Below, one piece after another: positions 1 to 7,877 of a stretch of DNA of 24,000 bases. The stretch lies in contig JAGGZO010000073.1 in assembly GCA_021161995.1 (NCBI GenBank), positions 1 through 24,000 on the forward strand, in the 5' to 3' direction. This DNA comes from Candidatus Aenigmatarchaeota archaeon. GTDB taxonomy: Archaea; Aenigmatarchaeota; Aenigmatarchaeia; CG10238-14; SpSt-28. The stretch's first letter is position 1; each line of letters starts with the position of its first letter. The translations under genes and the position numbers were made by a program. The notes under the pieces are model-generated. The model ran no database searches, was not told the DNA's origin, and saw only the letters and a program-made list of their open reading frames with translations.

Positions 1-745
1 GATCATCTGTATTTTTCATGTTGTTTTTGATTCCGTTGTAAAAAGCTAGCTTAGCTTCCGTGAATATGTTTATTTTAGATATACCAAGCTTTATCGCTCT
101 TTTTATTTGATCATCTGGTATGCCAGAACCACCATGTAGAACAAGTGGTATTTTTACCATTCTTCTTATTTTCTTTAATCTCTTAAAATCCAAGTTGGGT
201 TTTCCTTTGTATAATCCATGAGCATTTCCTATACTTATTGCTAACATATCTACTCCAGTTTCTTCTGCAAATATTTTTGCATCCTCAGGGTCAGTCATAT
301 TGTTTTTTTCCGATTTGTTCCTTCCTATTATACCAATTTCACCTTCTACTGTTATTCTTTCATCTTTTTTCTTTGCTATTTTCACAGCTTTTTTTGTTAG
401 TTTTATGTTTTTTTCAAATGGGAATAAAGAGCCATCGAACATTATAGAAGTGAAACCGTTTTTTATCGCAATTTTTACGACTTCAAGAGATTTTCCATGG
501 TCTAAATGTAAAGCAAGTTTTGATTTAGATTTTTTTATCATTGAAATTACGCTAGGTACTATTTGTTCTGGTTTAAAATATTTTGTTAGAGTGGATTCGC
601 TCATTTGTACTAACGCAGGTGATTTAAGTTTTTCAGATGCTTCTATTACAGCAATCGTACTCTCGATATTAAATATGTTGAAACCACCAACCGCGTATCT
701 CTTCTTCATAGCTTTTTTTATGAGCTGGTTTGAATAAACTAGCAT
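1..745 (-). CDS. fba: Class II fructose-bisphosphate aldolase, partial (C-terminus runs past the window edge)
   Basis: Manual translation from the ATG at 743-745 (minus): MLVYSNQLIKKAMKKRYAVGGFNIFNIESTIAVIEASEKLKSPALVQMSE...LALHLDHGKS...SIMFDGS...VEGEIG...ISIGNAHGLYKGKPNLDF...IPLVLHGGSGIPDDQIKRAIKLGISKINIFTE. The AVGGFNIFN, HLDHG, MFDGS, GEIG and HGGSG motifs fit class II FBA. Not in the supplied ORF track because it is open at the edge. Confidence 0.93.
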   Translation of the reverse strand, partial: MLVYSNQLIKKAMKKRYAVGGFNIFNIESTIAVIEASEKLKSPALVQMSESTLTKYFKPEQIVPSVISMIKKSKSKLALHLDHGKSLEVVKIAIKNGFTSIMFDGSLFPFEKNIKLTKKAVKIAKKKDERITVEGEIGIIGRNKSEKNNMTDPEDAKIFAEETGVDMLAISIGNAHGLYKGKPNLDFKRLKKIRRMVKIPLVLHGGSGIPDDQIKRAIKLGISKINIFTEAKLAFYNGIKNNMKNTDD

Positions 746-780
746 AAAATAATCTATTGTTATTGCAAATTAATTGTTGC

Positions 781-2130
781 TTATTTGTTATTGGATGATA
801 ATAGTGCTACAAATATTCCTGATGAAAGTGTGTCGCCAAGGCCTACTGTTATTTTTGGGTTTTCTACCATTCTTGTCGGTAAAAATCCTATTGAATACTC
901 ATAATTTTGTCTTATTTTATTAAGCTCATTTTCTATTTTCAAACCATTTATGTTGAACGGTACTTTCATTCCAACCATAAAGTCTGATACTGAAACAATT
1001 CCGCCTAATGCCGCTTTAGTAGCTGCTAATATACTTCCAAAATTTAGTGCGTTTGTTAGTTCTGCTTCTTCATATTTTTTGCTTATTAGTAGCATGTAGT
1101 TGTATGTATGAAGTTGAATTCCTTCAAGGCTAAAAACATCTATTAAATCAATCAAATTTTTTATAACATTGCGAATATCATTTTCATCAGTTCTAGTTCG
1201 AAATACAGAATATATAACATCATTCAGTTCAACATTGTCCATTCCAACATAATCCACTACAGGGAATATTTCATCAATCATATACTTTCTTATTTCTTCA
1301 TTTGGTAGCGATGCCATTTCCATATGTATTTTTAAGCTTCTATTTTTCCTTTTTAGTTTTCTTAAGTCCTCTGAATTTTTAGAGATATAATATTCAAAAG
1401 TTAGCCCATCAGAGTATTTTTCTTTTATTGAATGAAATCCAGACACGAAAGCGCCGTCGACATGCTTTCCCAGATCTTCTAAATGATCTGAAAGTTTTCT
1501 ATCAAAACATATTCGTACTTCATCTGGTCTTGATGCCACTATAAACCTACTGGAGTTTTTTGCTATTATTTTTTCTTCATCCAAATTTATGCTAGTACCC
1601 TTTGTGTACTCAAATATCCTGTTTATTTTTGGTTTAATTTTTTCATCAGCCGCTTCTTCCACTTTTTTTAGTTCTAGCTTACCGTTTGTTATGGTTGGAT
1701 AAAAAATATTTCTTTTTTCCATTAGGTCGGTTATTTGTTTTGGTAATGGATTAGTATAAAATATTATCTTTTTTAGACACAGGACGCCCATCAAATTAGC
1801 TACTATTCCAGCCTGTCCACCAATTCTCTCGTAACCAGTTCCTATGAATGAATCAAACCATTCATTTAGTTTATCGTTTCCTAATGGTATTTCCTTTGGT
1901 TTGCCTTCTTTGAATGCAGAAAGAAAAGCTGCAACAAAATCTTCCTTAGTCCTTATCGTTTTTATGTTAAATTCCATCAATCGCTTGACTTTTTCTTTAT
2001 CTACATTATCTATTATTCTTTGGATTTCACTTTTACTCAAGTGTTTTATTGAATCTATGTTTGCATTGAATGCAACAAGTAATGAAAGATTTGCTACCTG
2101 GTTTAATGTTTCATAAAAACTTCTTAGCAT
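781..2130 (-). CDS. ADP-dependent phosphofructokinase/glucokinase family sugar kinase
   Basis: 449 aa; family-like segments GAFVSGFHSIKEKY and EVRICFDRKLSDHL, and a C-terminal GLGDTLSSG catalytic motif. Genomic context with FBA and TIM favours PFK. Confidence 0.88.
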   Translation of the reverse strand: MLRSFYETLNQVANLSLLVAFNANIDSIKHLSKSEIQRIIDNVDKEKVKRLMEFNIKTIRTKEDFVAAFLSAFKEGKPKEIPLGNDKLNEWFDSFIGTGYERIGGQAGIVANLMGVLCLKKIIFYTNPLPKQITDLMEKRNIFYPTITNGKLELKKVEEAADEKIKPKINRIFEYTKGTSINLDEEKIIAKNSSRFIVASRPDEVRICFDRKLSDHLEDLGKHVDGAFVSGFHSIKEKYSDGLTFEYYISKNSEDLRKLKRKNRSLKIHMEMASLPNEEIRKYMIDEIFPVVDYVGMDNVELNDVIYSVFRTRTDENDIRNVIKNLIDLIDVFSLEGIQLHTYNYMLLISKKYEEAELTNALNFGSILAATKAALGGIVSVSDFMVGMKVPFNINGLKIENELNKIRQNYEYSIGFLPTRMVENPKITVGLGDTLSSGIFVALLSSNNK

Positions 2131-2131
2131 T

Positions 2132-2812
2132 TTATACTCCTTTTATCGTTTTGATTATTTTTTCGAGGAACGATTTTTTATTTCTTGATTTGACAAATGC
2201 ACTGGCAATCAAGACACCTTCAGTTCCCAATTCTAAAGCAGCTTTTACGTCTTCAGCTGAAGATATACCAGCCCCACATAGAGGAATCGCATCTGAATTC
2301 CTCTTCACTATATTGACGAATTTCTTAACATCATTTGACTTTGCTCTGGAGATTGGTATACCAGTCCCTATTAGTTTTGGGTCTTCGAATGCTATGTATG
2401 TTGGACTTAATTTAGCAATCTTTTTGGCTTCTTTTAAGTTTTCGACACACACAAGGGATTTTAACGAAAATTTGTTAAGAATTTCTATCACATTTTTTAT
2501 CTCCTGTAGTTTCATTCTATCTTCTGAGTGATTTATTATACTACCCTTTACACCAATTTTTTTCAGATAGTAAGGAACAATTTTCCCTGTGCTCTTGCCC
2601 GGTTCAACAGGATCTACATGTTGTGAAAAAAGCTTAGTGTTTTTAAGATATTCTGAAACACATTTCAAATCTAAAGTGTTCGGGGCTAGAATAAATTCAG
2701 CGTATCGCTTATGTTTTTTGGCAGTGATTTCAACTGTTTTTGCTATAGAAAGAGAATTTTCCATTGACGATTTTTTATAAGTTTTTAGGTTTAGTGCTAT
2801 TATTGGCTTCAT
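2132..2812 (-). CDS. tpiA: Triosephosphate isomerase (archaeal type)
   Basis: 226 aa; IALNLKTYKKS N-terminus, INHSEDR, CGAGISSAEDVKAALELGTEGVLIASAFVK. Confidence 0.93.
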   Translation of the reverse strand: MKPIIALNLKTYKKSSMENSLSIAKTVEITAKKHKRYAEFILAPNTLDLKCVSEYLKNTKLFSQHVDPVEPGKSTGKIVPYYLKKIGVKGSIINHSEDRMKLQEIKNVIEILNKFSLKSLVCVENLKEAKKIAKLSPTYIAFEDPKLIGTGIPISRAKSNDVKKFVNIVKRNSDAIPLCGAGISSAEDVKAALELGTEGVLIASAFVKSRNKKSFLEKIIKTIKGV

Positions 2813-2847
2813 GAAAAAAATTAGTTTATGATAAAGAAATTCTTTAA

Positions 2848-3699
2848 GTGAGACTGAAAGATTTGCTCAAGGATAAAATTCCAGACAAACTTTTGAGTAA
2901 AGTACCCGGTAGTTTTGAGATTGTTGGTAGTAGGGAAAAAGCTGTAGCAATTGTTGAAATAGGCGATGAATTAGATATTTACAAACATGAAATAGGAAAG
3001 GCTATAGCTCAGATAAACAAAAATGTCAAAATTGTCTTAAGAAAAACCAGCGAGAGAATAGGTGAATTTAGGATAAGAAAATACGAAAGAATATATGGAG
3101 AAGGTGATACTGAGGTTATCCATAAAGAGTATGGATATTTGATAAAAGTAGATCCCACTAAAGCGTATTTTTCTTCGAGAGAGTCTGCAGAAAGACAGCG
3201 AATAGCTTCAATGGTTAAACCGGGTGAAAGAATACTTGTGATGTTTTCTGGTGTTGCACCTTTTGCAATAGCAATAGCAAAAAAGCAGCCATTTGTTAGA
3301 GAAATTGTTTGTGTTGAGAAAAATCCTGATGCGCACAGATATGCAATAGAGAATGTTAGGCTAAACAAGCTTGAAGATAAAGTAAAATGCATCAATGGAG
3401 ATGTCAATGAGATATGTCCTAAATTTGGAGAGAAATACTTTGATCGAATCTTAATGCCTTTGCCTAAAGGTGCGTATGAATTTTTAGATATAGCAATTCC
3501 ATCGATCAAAAAGCATGGTATATTACATTTCTATTATTGGGGTGAAGAGCCAATAGAAAAAACCATAGAAAGAGGCTTTGAACTAATAAAAAATGCAGCA
3601 AACAAAATTTCTAGGAAGGCTAATTTAATTTCGGGTAAAAAAGTATTGCCTTATGCTCCTAGAGTTTGGAAAGTTGTAATAGATGCAGAAATCGTTTAA
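2848..3699 (+). CDS. trm5: tRNA (guanine-N1-)-methyltransferase Trm5 family
   Basis: 283 aa; FRIRKYERIYGEGDTEVIHKEYGYLIKVDPTKAYFSSRESAERQRIASMVKPGERILVMFSGVAPFAI and MPLPKGAYEFL. Confidence 0.92.
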   Translation: MRLKDLLKDKIPDKLLSKVPGSFEIVGSREKAVAIVEIGDELDIYKHEIGKAIAQINKNVKIVLRKTSERIGEFRIRKYERIYGEGDTEVIHKEYGYLIKVDPTKAYFSSRESAERQRIASMVKPGERILVMFSGVAPFAIAIAKKQPFVREIVCVEKNPDAHRYAIENVRLNKLEDKVKCINGDVNEICPKFGEKYFDRILMPLPKGAYEFLDIAIPSIKKHGILHFYYWGEEPIEKTIERGFELIKNAANKISRKANLISGKKVLPYAPRVWKVVIDAEIV

Positions 3700-3729
3700 T
3701 TATGTTTTAATTCAAAATATCTTTAGTTT

Positions 3730-3815
3730 GCGGGGGTGCCCGAGCATGGTCGAAGGGGGTGGGTTCAGGCCCCACTGCCGTAGCGGCTCCCTGGGTTCAA
3801 ATCCCAGCCCCCGCA
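3730..3815 (+). tRNA. tRNA-Leu (anticodon CAG)
   Basis: Acceptor GCGGGGG/CCCCCGC, anticodon stem-loop GTGGG-TTCAGGC-CCCAC, long variable arm TGCCGTAGCGGC, T arm CTGGG-TTCAAAT-CCCAG, discriminator A. Confidence 0.95.
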
Positions 3816-3893
3816 TAGAATAGTATTTCAGCTATTTGTGAAAAAGAAAGAGAAAGCAAACAAATACAAGTGGGAGGTGCTTCTGTCATTCAC

Positions 3894-3998
3894 TTAAAGT
3901 TCTTCTTCGTCTTCCCATTCTTCCTCTTCTTCATCCTCCCAGAGGTCTTCTTCTTCTTCGTCTTCCCATTCTTCCTCTTCTAGCCAGAGGATCTTCAT
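3894..3998 (-). CDS. 34-aa highly acidic Trp-containing repeat microprotein (predicted)
   Basis: ATG AAG ATC CTC TGG ... CTT TAA translates to MKILWLEEEEWEDEEEEDLWEDEEEEEWEDEEEL. A GAGGTG Shine-Dalgarno-like site lies 7 nt upstream (GAGGTGCTCTTTCATG). Absent from the supplied track, probably by size cutoff. Confidence 0.55.
   Translation of the reverse strand: MKILWLEEEEWEDEEEEDLWEDEEEEEWEDEEEL
3900..3980 (-). repeat. Two copies of an exact 30-nt direct repeat (GAAGAGGAAGAATGGGAAGACGAAGAAGAA), 51-nt period
   Basis: Copies at 3951-3980 and 3900-3929, both in frame in the acidic microprotein ORF. Confidence 0.9.
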
Positions 3999-4069
3999 GA
4001 AAGAGCACCTCAGTTAGATTTTGTACGTTGGGGATATATATATTTTACCTTTTATGCAAAATACAATTT

Positions 4070-4353
4070 AGGTGGGGCCAACGGCGGGGGGTTAGGCCTC
4101 CCCTCTGGTCTTGTGCCAGGGCAAACGGTCTATACGGCCGCCGTAGTCCGGGAGCGGTCTTAGCCCTCTCAGGAACCCCCATGGAGCCTGAGAAGCTCTC
4201 TACCACAGGGCCGGTGCATCAGTGAACCGGGTCAGATCGGGAGCGAAGCAGCCCTAAGCTGATGTACCGGTGCTTGTGGTTTTGGGAGTGGAGGTATTCC
4301 ATGGGGATAAATTCCCGAGGGGGTTGAGATCCATCCCGGACATGCCCCACCTC
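4070..4353 (+). ncRNA. Archaeal SRP RNA (7S RNA)
   Basis: Terminal helix aggtggggc...gccccacct; diagnostic S-domain helix 8 sequence GGGTCAGATCGGGAGCGAAGCAGCCCTAAGC; strongly GC-rich against an AT-rich background. Confidence 0.95.
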
Positions 4354-4391
4354 TCATTTATTTTAAATTATTAACATCGTAATGGATTTCT

Positions 4392-5195
4392 ATGAAAAAG
4401 ATTTACATGAAAAAAGATGCTCAAAGCATACTTGTTTTTACCCTGATTGTTTTGATCATGATTAATACGTTTGCTGTGGTTTACACTTTTGTGTATTTGC
4501 AAAATCTGGAAAGAAATTATTCATTTGTTAGAAAACCTATTTTTGAAATAAAACAAGCACAGAAACCAAAAGAAATCAACTTAACTGGAGAACATGTCGT
4601 TGAAATATTTGTACCAGCTGTCGATAATGAAGGCAGGGGATCTATGGTCAAAATTAGGGTTGAAGCACAACCAGGTCATGGTAGAACCTTAGTAAATGTT
4701 GATAATCTCTTGTTCTGGGTTGATACACAGCACTCCATAAGGGTAGCTAAAAAGGTCGCTGAGCAAATAACTGGTATTGATACTTCTAGTGTTGACCTTA
4801 TATATACTGTTGAAAGCAATGCTAGTGTAGTTGAAGGACCATCTGCTGGAGCAGCTATTACTATAGCAACAATTGCTGCATTGGAAAACAAAACAATAAG
4901 CAAAAACGTGACAATAACTGGAACGATAAATCTTGATGGTAGTATTGGACCCGTTGGTAGTGTTATAGAAAAAGCAGAAGTTGCCAAGGAATACGAATTC
5001 AACCTTTTTTTAGTTCCACTAGGCCAAGGAACAACAGTTTATTATGAACCTCATGTTACTTGTGAAAAATACGGTATGGTAGATTTTTGTACTACCGAAT
5101 ACAAACCGAAAAGAATAGATGTAGGTAATCAAACAGGAATAAAAGTTATTGAAGTTGGTAGTATAGAAGAAGCGTTAAAATACTTTCTTCAGTAA
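4392..5195 (+). CDS. Membrane-anchored Lon-like (S16) serine protease without an AAA+ domain
   Basis: 267 aa; N-terminal TM helix, then an S16 fold with VVEGPSAGAAITIATIAAL (Ser) and IGPVGSVIEKAEVAKEYEFNLFLVP (Lys). Confidence 0.88.
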   Translation: MKKIYMKKDAQSILVFTLIVLIMINTFAVVYTFVYLQNLERNYSFVRKPIFEIKQAQKPKEINLTGEHVVEIFVPAVDNEGRGSMVKIRVEAQPGHGRTLVNVDNLLFWVDTQHSIRVAKKVAEQITGIDTSSVDLIYTVESNASVVEGPSAGAAITIATIAALENKTISKNVTITGTINLDGSIGPVGSVIEKAEVAKEYEFNLFLVPLGQGTTVYYEPHVTCEKYGMVDFCTTEYKPKRIDVGNQTGIKVIEVGSIEEALKYFLQ

Positions 5196-5202
5196 ATGTT
5201 AA

Positions 5203-5757
5203 TTGATGAGCTTATTCAGTGAAAAAGAAGCATTACAGATTATAGTTGCTTCCATATTTGTTGGTCTGATTTTTTCTTATCCGTCATTTGAATCGGTAGA
5301 AATAGTTAAGTATACATTATTTTATCTTGTCGCTTTAACAGGAAAAACTCTTATAATGAAGAGAATAGCTTTTCTGAATGGTTTAGGAACTGAATTCAAA
5401 ATTTTCATTCCATCCATGATTTTTTCTTTATTTTTGCTTCTTTATGGCCTTAAGATACCGATTCCAGGATACTTTTCGTTTGGTTCATTCAAATTTGGTA
5501 GGTTCAAGTTTTTTAGTAAGTATCCAAGCGTTAATGAAGTTGGCAGAGTTGTGACTAGGGGCATATTTTTTAATATACTCCTGGCTTTCTTTGGAGTTGT
5601 TTTTAACTCAAGGGAATTTATAGTAATAAATATCTTGCAGGGTTTAACTTCATTAATACCGTTCTTGCCTTTTGAAGGTGGAGCCGTGTTTTTCTACGAC
5701 TATTTTATATGGCTAGCTTTGATGATGCTTAGTTTAATAATTCTGATTTTTGGTTAA
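5203..5757 (+). CDS. Multi-pass membrane protein, S2P/M50-like but lacking an HExxH motif
   Basis: 184 aa, hydrophobic. The GTEFKIFIPSMIFSLFLLLYGLKIPIPGYF and TSLIPFLPFEGGAVFFYDY segments resemble archaeal S2P, judged by eye only. Confidence 0.5.
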   Translation: MMSLFSEKEALQIIVASIFVGLIFSYPSFESVEIVKYTLFYLVALTGKTLIMKRIAFLNGLGTEFKIFIPSMIFSLFLLLYGLKIPIPGYFSFGSFKFGRFKFFSKYPSVNEVGRVVTRGIFFNILLAFFGVVFNSREFIVINILQGLTSLIPFLPFEGGAVFFYDYFIWLALMMLSLIILIFG

Positions 5758-5762
5758 TTATT

Positions 5763-6212
5763 ATGAGTTTACCAAAGTGGTTTGTTCATGATGTTATGCA
5801 TTTTATGGTTGGTCTATTGGTATTTCTACTTCTTTGGATCGCTGAAGACCCTTACAATTATCACTACAAGCTTAGATACTTGATATTAACGGTATTCTTA
5901 GGAGCTTTTATGCCAGATATAGATCATCTTATCTATCTAAAAATTCATAGATTCAAGAGTTTTGGTGAGTTTATAGAAAGAAACATTAAGAGTGATAGGT
6001 TGAGAAGAGGATTCCTCGTTTTTCACAACATATTTTTCATGTCATTTTTAATGTCTTTCATTCCAATAGTTTACTTGATTAACCCTCTAACTAGCTATTT
6101 TTTTCTGGGTTTTCTCGCACATTTGATACTAGATTTTATGGATGACAAACTTCTCATAAATACCGTAGAGCACTGGAAAAACATCAAAAAATTTCTGAAA
6201 AACGTTGCGTAG
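5763..6212 (+). CDS. YdjM/DUF457-like inner-membrane metal-dependent hydrolase
   Basis: 149 aa; HDVMHFMVG, LGAFMPDIDHLIYLKIHRFKSF, HLILDFMDD. Confidence 0.75.
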   Translation: MSLPKWFVHDVMHFMVGLLVFLLLWIAEDPYNYHYKLRYLILTVFLGAFMPDIDHLIYLKIHRFKSFGEFIERNIKSDRLRRGFLVFHNIFFMSFLMSFIPIVYLINPLTSYFFLGFLAHLILDFMDDKLLINTVEHWKNIKKFLKNVA

Positions 6213-6248
6213 AATTTTTAATTTGATTACTAAAACAATTCTATTATT

Positions 6249-6319
6249 GGGCCCGTAGTCTAACGGTAGGACGCTGCCCTCACACGGCAGAGAACCCGGT
6301 TCAACTCCGGGCGGGCCCA
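6249..6319 (+). tRNA. tRNA-Val (anticodon CAC)
   Basis: GGGCCCG/CGGGCCC acceptor, CTGCC-CTCACAC-GGCAG anticodon arm, CCCGG-TTCAACT-CCGGG T arm, discriminator A. Confidence 0.95.
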
Positions 6320-7153
6320 TCATTCTCTGTAATACAAAAACAGTTTAACATCTCTTATGTCATAAAATGCTTCTCCATTAACGTAAAACTCTATAGTATT
6401 GTCACCAGCTTTTATTACAGATTTATCTATTTCTATTTCATTTGTTCTACTGAATGGTCTCTTATTGTAAATAATTTTATCGTTTATTTCAATTACCAGA
6501 TTGGATGTTTCCAAAGAAGGAAATTTCTTGAACGATAATTCTGCTAGTTCAGACTTTTCTAGAATGTTTTTATCTACATAGAACGAAAATTCCTCCTCTT
6601 CAGTTTCTGTTGTAGTTGTTATTGTTTTTGCATAGTCTAGCAGGTAAACAGCTCTCATCCAGAACTTCCATCCAGGATTTGTTGCTTTTATCTTCACATA
6701 GTTGCTTTCTTGTTTTAAGTAACTAAGAGGTATTTTTATGGTGTATATACCTGGTTCTGCTCTTTTTGACCAAAGTTTTACATCATTCACGTATATCTCC
6801 AAATTGCCTGCGTTGTTAGTATCTCTAACTAAAAATTCTAACATTACTTCTTTGGTTTGATTTGTTTTATCTGGTAGAATTAAACTTATGCTTTTCTCTG
6901 AAAAATAACCTTTCTCTACACTAACAGAGTTCACCTCATCAATTGTCTTAGTTTCGTTTGATAAAGATATGTTTACCTGAGCTGCTATGAAAACAGAAAA
7001 TTTGGATAATTTTTCAGAAATATCAGTTTTGTTAGTAATCTTTTCTGGAGTTGTGACTTCTTGTTGGGTAAAGTAAATGGCTAAAACCATTATGAATATC
7101 ACAGATCCTAATAGTATGAATGCAAATTCATCCAGTGTTTTTTGACCTTTCAT
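6320..7153 (-). CDS. Secreted/membrane-anchored protein with class III-like signal and two tandem beta-rich repeats
   Basis: N-terminus MKGQKTLDEFAFILLGSVIFIMVLAIYF (G|Qxxx-EF followed by a TM helix). Two repeat units each end in IxIxxxxxKxxxNxIxxxxxNxxxxxIRxVxLLxY-like strands. Confidence 0.7.
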   Translation of the reverse strand: MKGQKTLDEFAFILLGSVIFIMVLAIYFTQQEVTTPEKITNKTDISEKLSKFSVFIAAQVNISLSNETKTIDEVNSVSVEKGYFSEKSISLILPDKTNQTKEVMLEFLVRDTNNAGNLEIYVNDVKLWSKRAEPGIYTIKIPLSYLKQESNYVKIKATNPGWKFWMRAVYLLDYAKTITTTTETEEEEFSFYVDKNILEKSELAELSFKKFPSLETSNLVIEINDKIIYNKRPFSRTNEIEIDKSVIKAGDNTIEFYVNGEAFYDIRDVKLFLYYRE

Positions 7154-7190
7154 ATCAATAATTAAGTTTTAGTGTTCACAAAATTTATTT

Positions 7191-7877
7191 GTGTCTTGTA
7201 GAACAGATAAAGAATCAAAGGAAGTGGATTGCTACATAAAGAACTGGTTATCAGTAATTTTTATCTATAAAATCCTTCAAAAAGGCGATATAATAACAGC
7301 TAAAACCATTAGGAACGTCTTTGTGTGGAAAAATGGTAAAAAAGTTAAGGTTGGTAGGAAAGAGGGTATTGTGGACTTAAAAATAGAAAAGATTACTTTA
7401 GATTCTATGAAAAAAGCTATACGTGTTAAAGGTGTTATTGTAGACGGACCGGAAGATTTTGAGAGGGGATATCATAGCATAGATGTCAAGATTGGAGATA
7501 GGATAAAAATTAAGAAGAAGGAGTGGAGTAACAGAATAGAGAAACTTTCAAGATTGTTTTCTGATAGAAATATTACAACTAACTATTCTGAATATTTGAG
7601 CAAGTTTTTTGAGCATTTCAATAAGGATGATGGCTTAGTTGCTTATGGAGGCGATGTAAAAGAAGTTGTTGCCTATGGCATAGTAAAATTTCTGATTGTA
7701 CCGGATGACGTACTTTTTGATGAAAGCATCATAGAATTAGTTAGCGAAGCCCTATCAAAAGGCAGTAAAATCGTGCTTGTTGATGTTAATAGTGAAGAAG
7801 GTAGAAAATTCAAGAAAAATTTTGGTTTAGCTGCTCTCCTTAGATTTAGCTACAAGACTAGCTATATATCCAGCTAG
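7191..7877 (+). CDS. Pelota/Dom34-like protein, short form lacking the central domain
   Basis: GTG start. LQKGDIITAKTIRN...KVKVGRKEGIVDLKIEKITLD...IRVKGVIVDGPED...GYHSIDVKIGDRIKIKKKEW resembles Pelota domain 1. LVAYGGDVKEVVAYGIVKFLIVPDDVL...VDVNSEEGRKFKKNFGLAALLRFS resembles domain 3. Confidence 0.8.
   Translation: MSCRTDKESKEVDCYIKNWLSVIFIYKILQKGDIITAKTIRNVFVWKNGKKVKVGRKEGIVDLKIEKITLDSMKKAIRVKGVIVDGPEDFERGYHSIDVKIGDRIKIKKKEWSNRIEKLSRLFSDRNITTNYSEYLSKFFEHFNKDDGLVAYGGDVKEVVAYGIVKFLIVPDDVLFDESIIELVSEALSKGSKIVLVDVNSEEGRKFKKNFGLAALLRFSYKTSYISS

Noticed and set aside
238-737. + strand ORFs 238..447 and 300..737
   Set aside because: Low-complexity hydrophobic/Ser-rich antisense shadows of the real class II FBA on the minus strand.
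1844-2780. ORFs 1844..2116, 2070..2531 and 2589..2780
   Set aside because: Antisense to the ADP-dependent kinase and TIM genes; no recognisable domains.
3891-4000. CRISPR or generic microsatellite interpretation of the GAA-rich tract
   Set aside because: Only two copies, perfectly in frame with start, SD and stop; no spacer/repeat regularity. The window shows no CRISPR array elsewhere.
4028-4225. + strand ORF of 65 aa
   Set aside because: Lies mostly inside the structured SRP RNA; composition reflects the RNA.
7191-7877. Frameshifted full-length Pelota
   Set aside because: The two conserved parts are in one continuous frame with too little DNA between them to hide the central domain.
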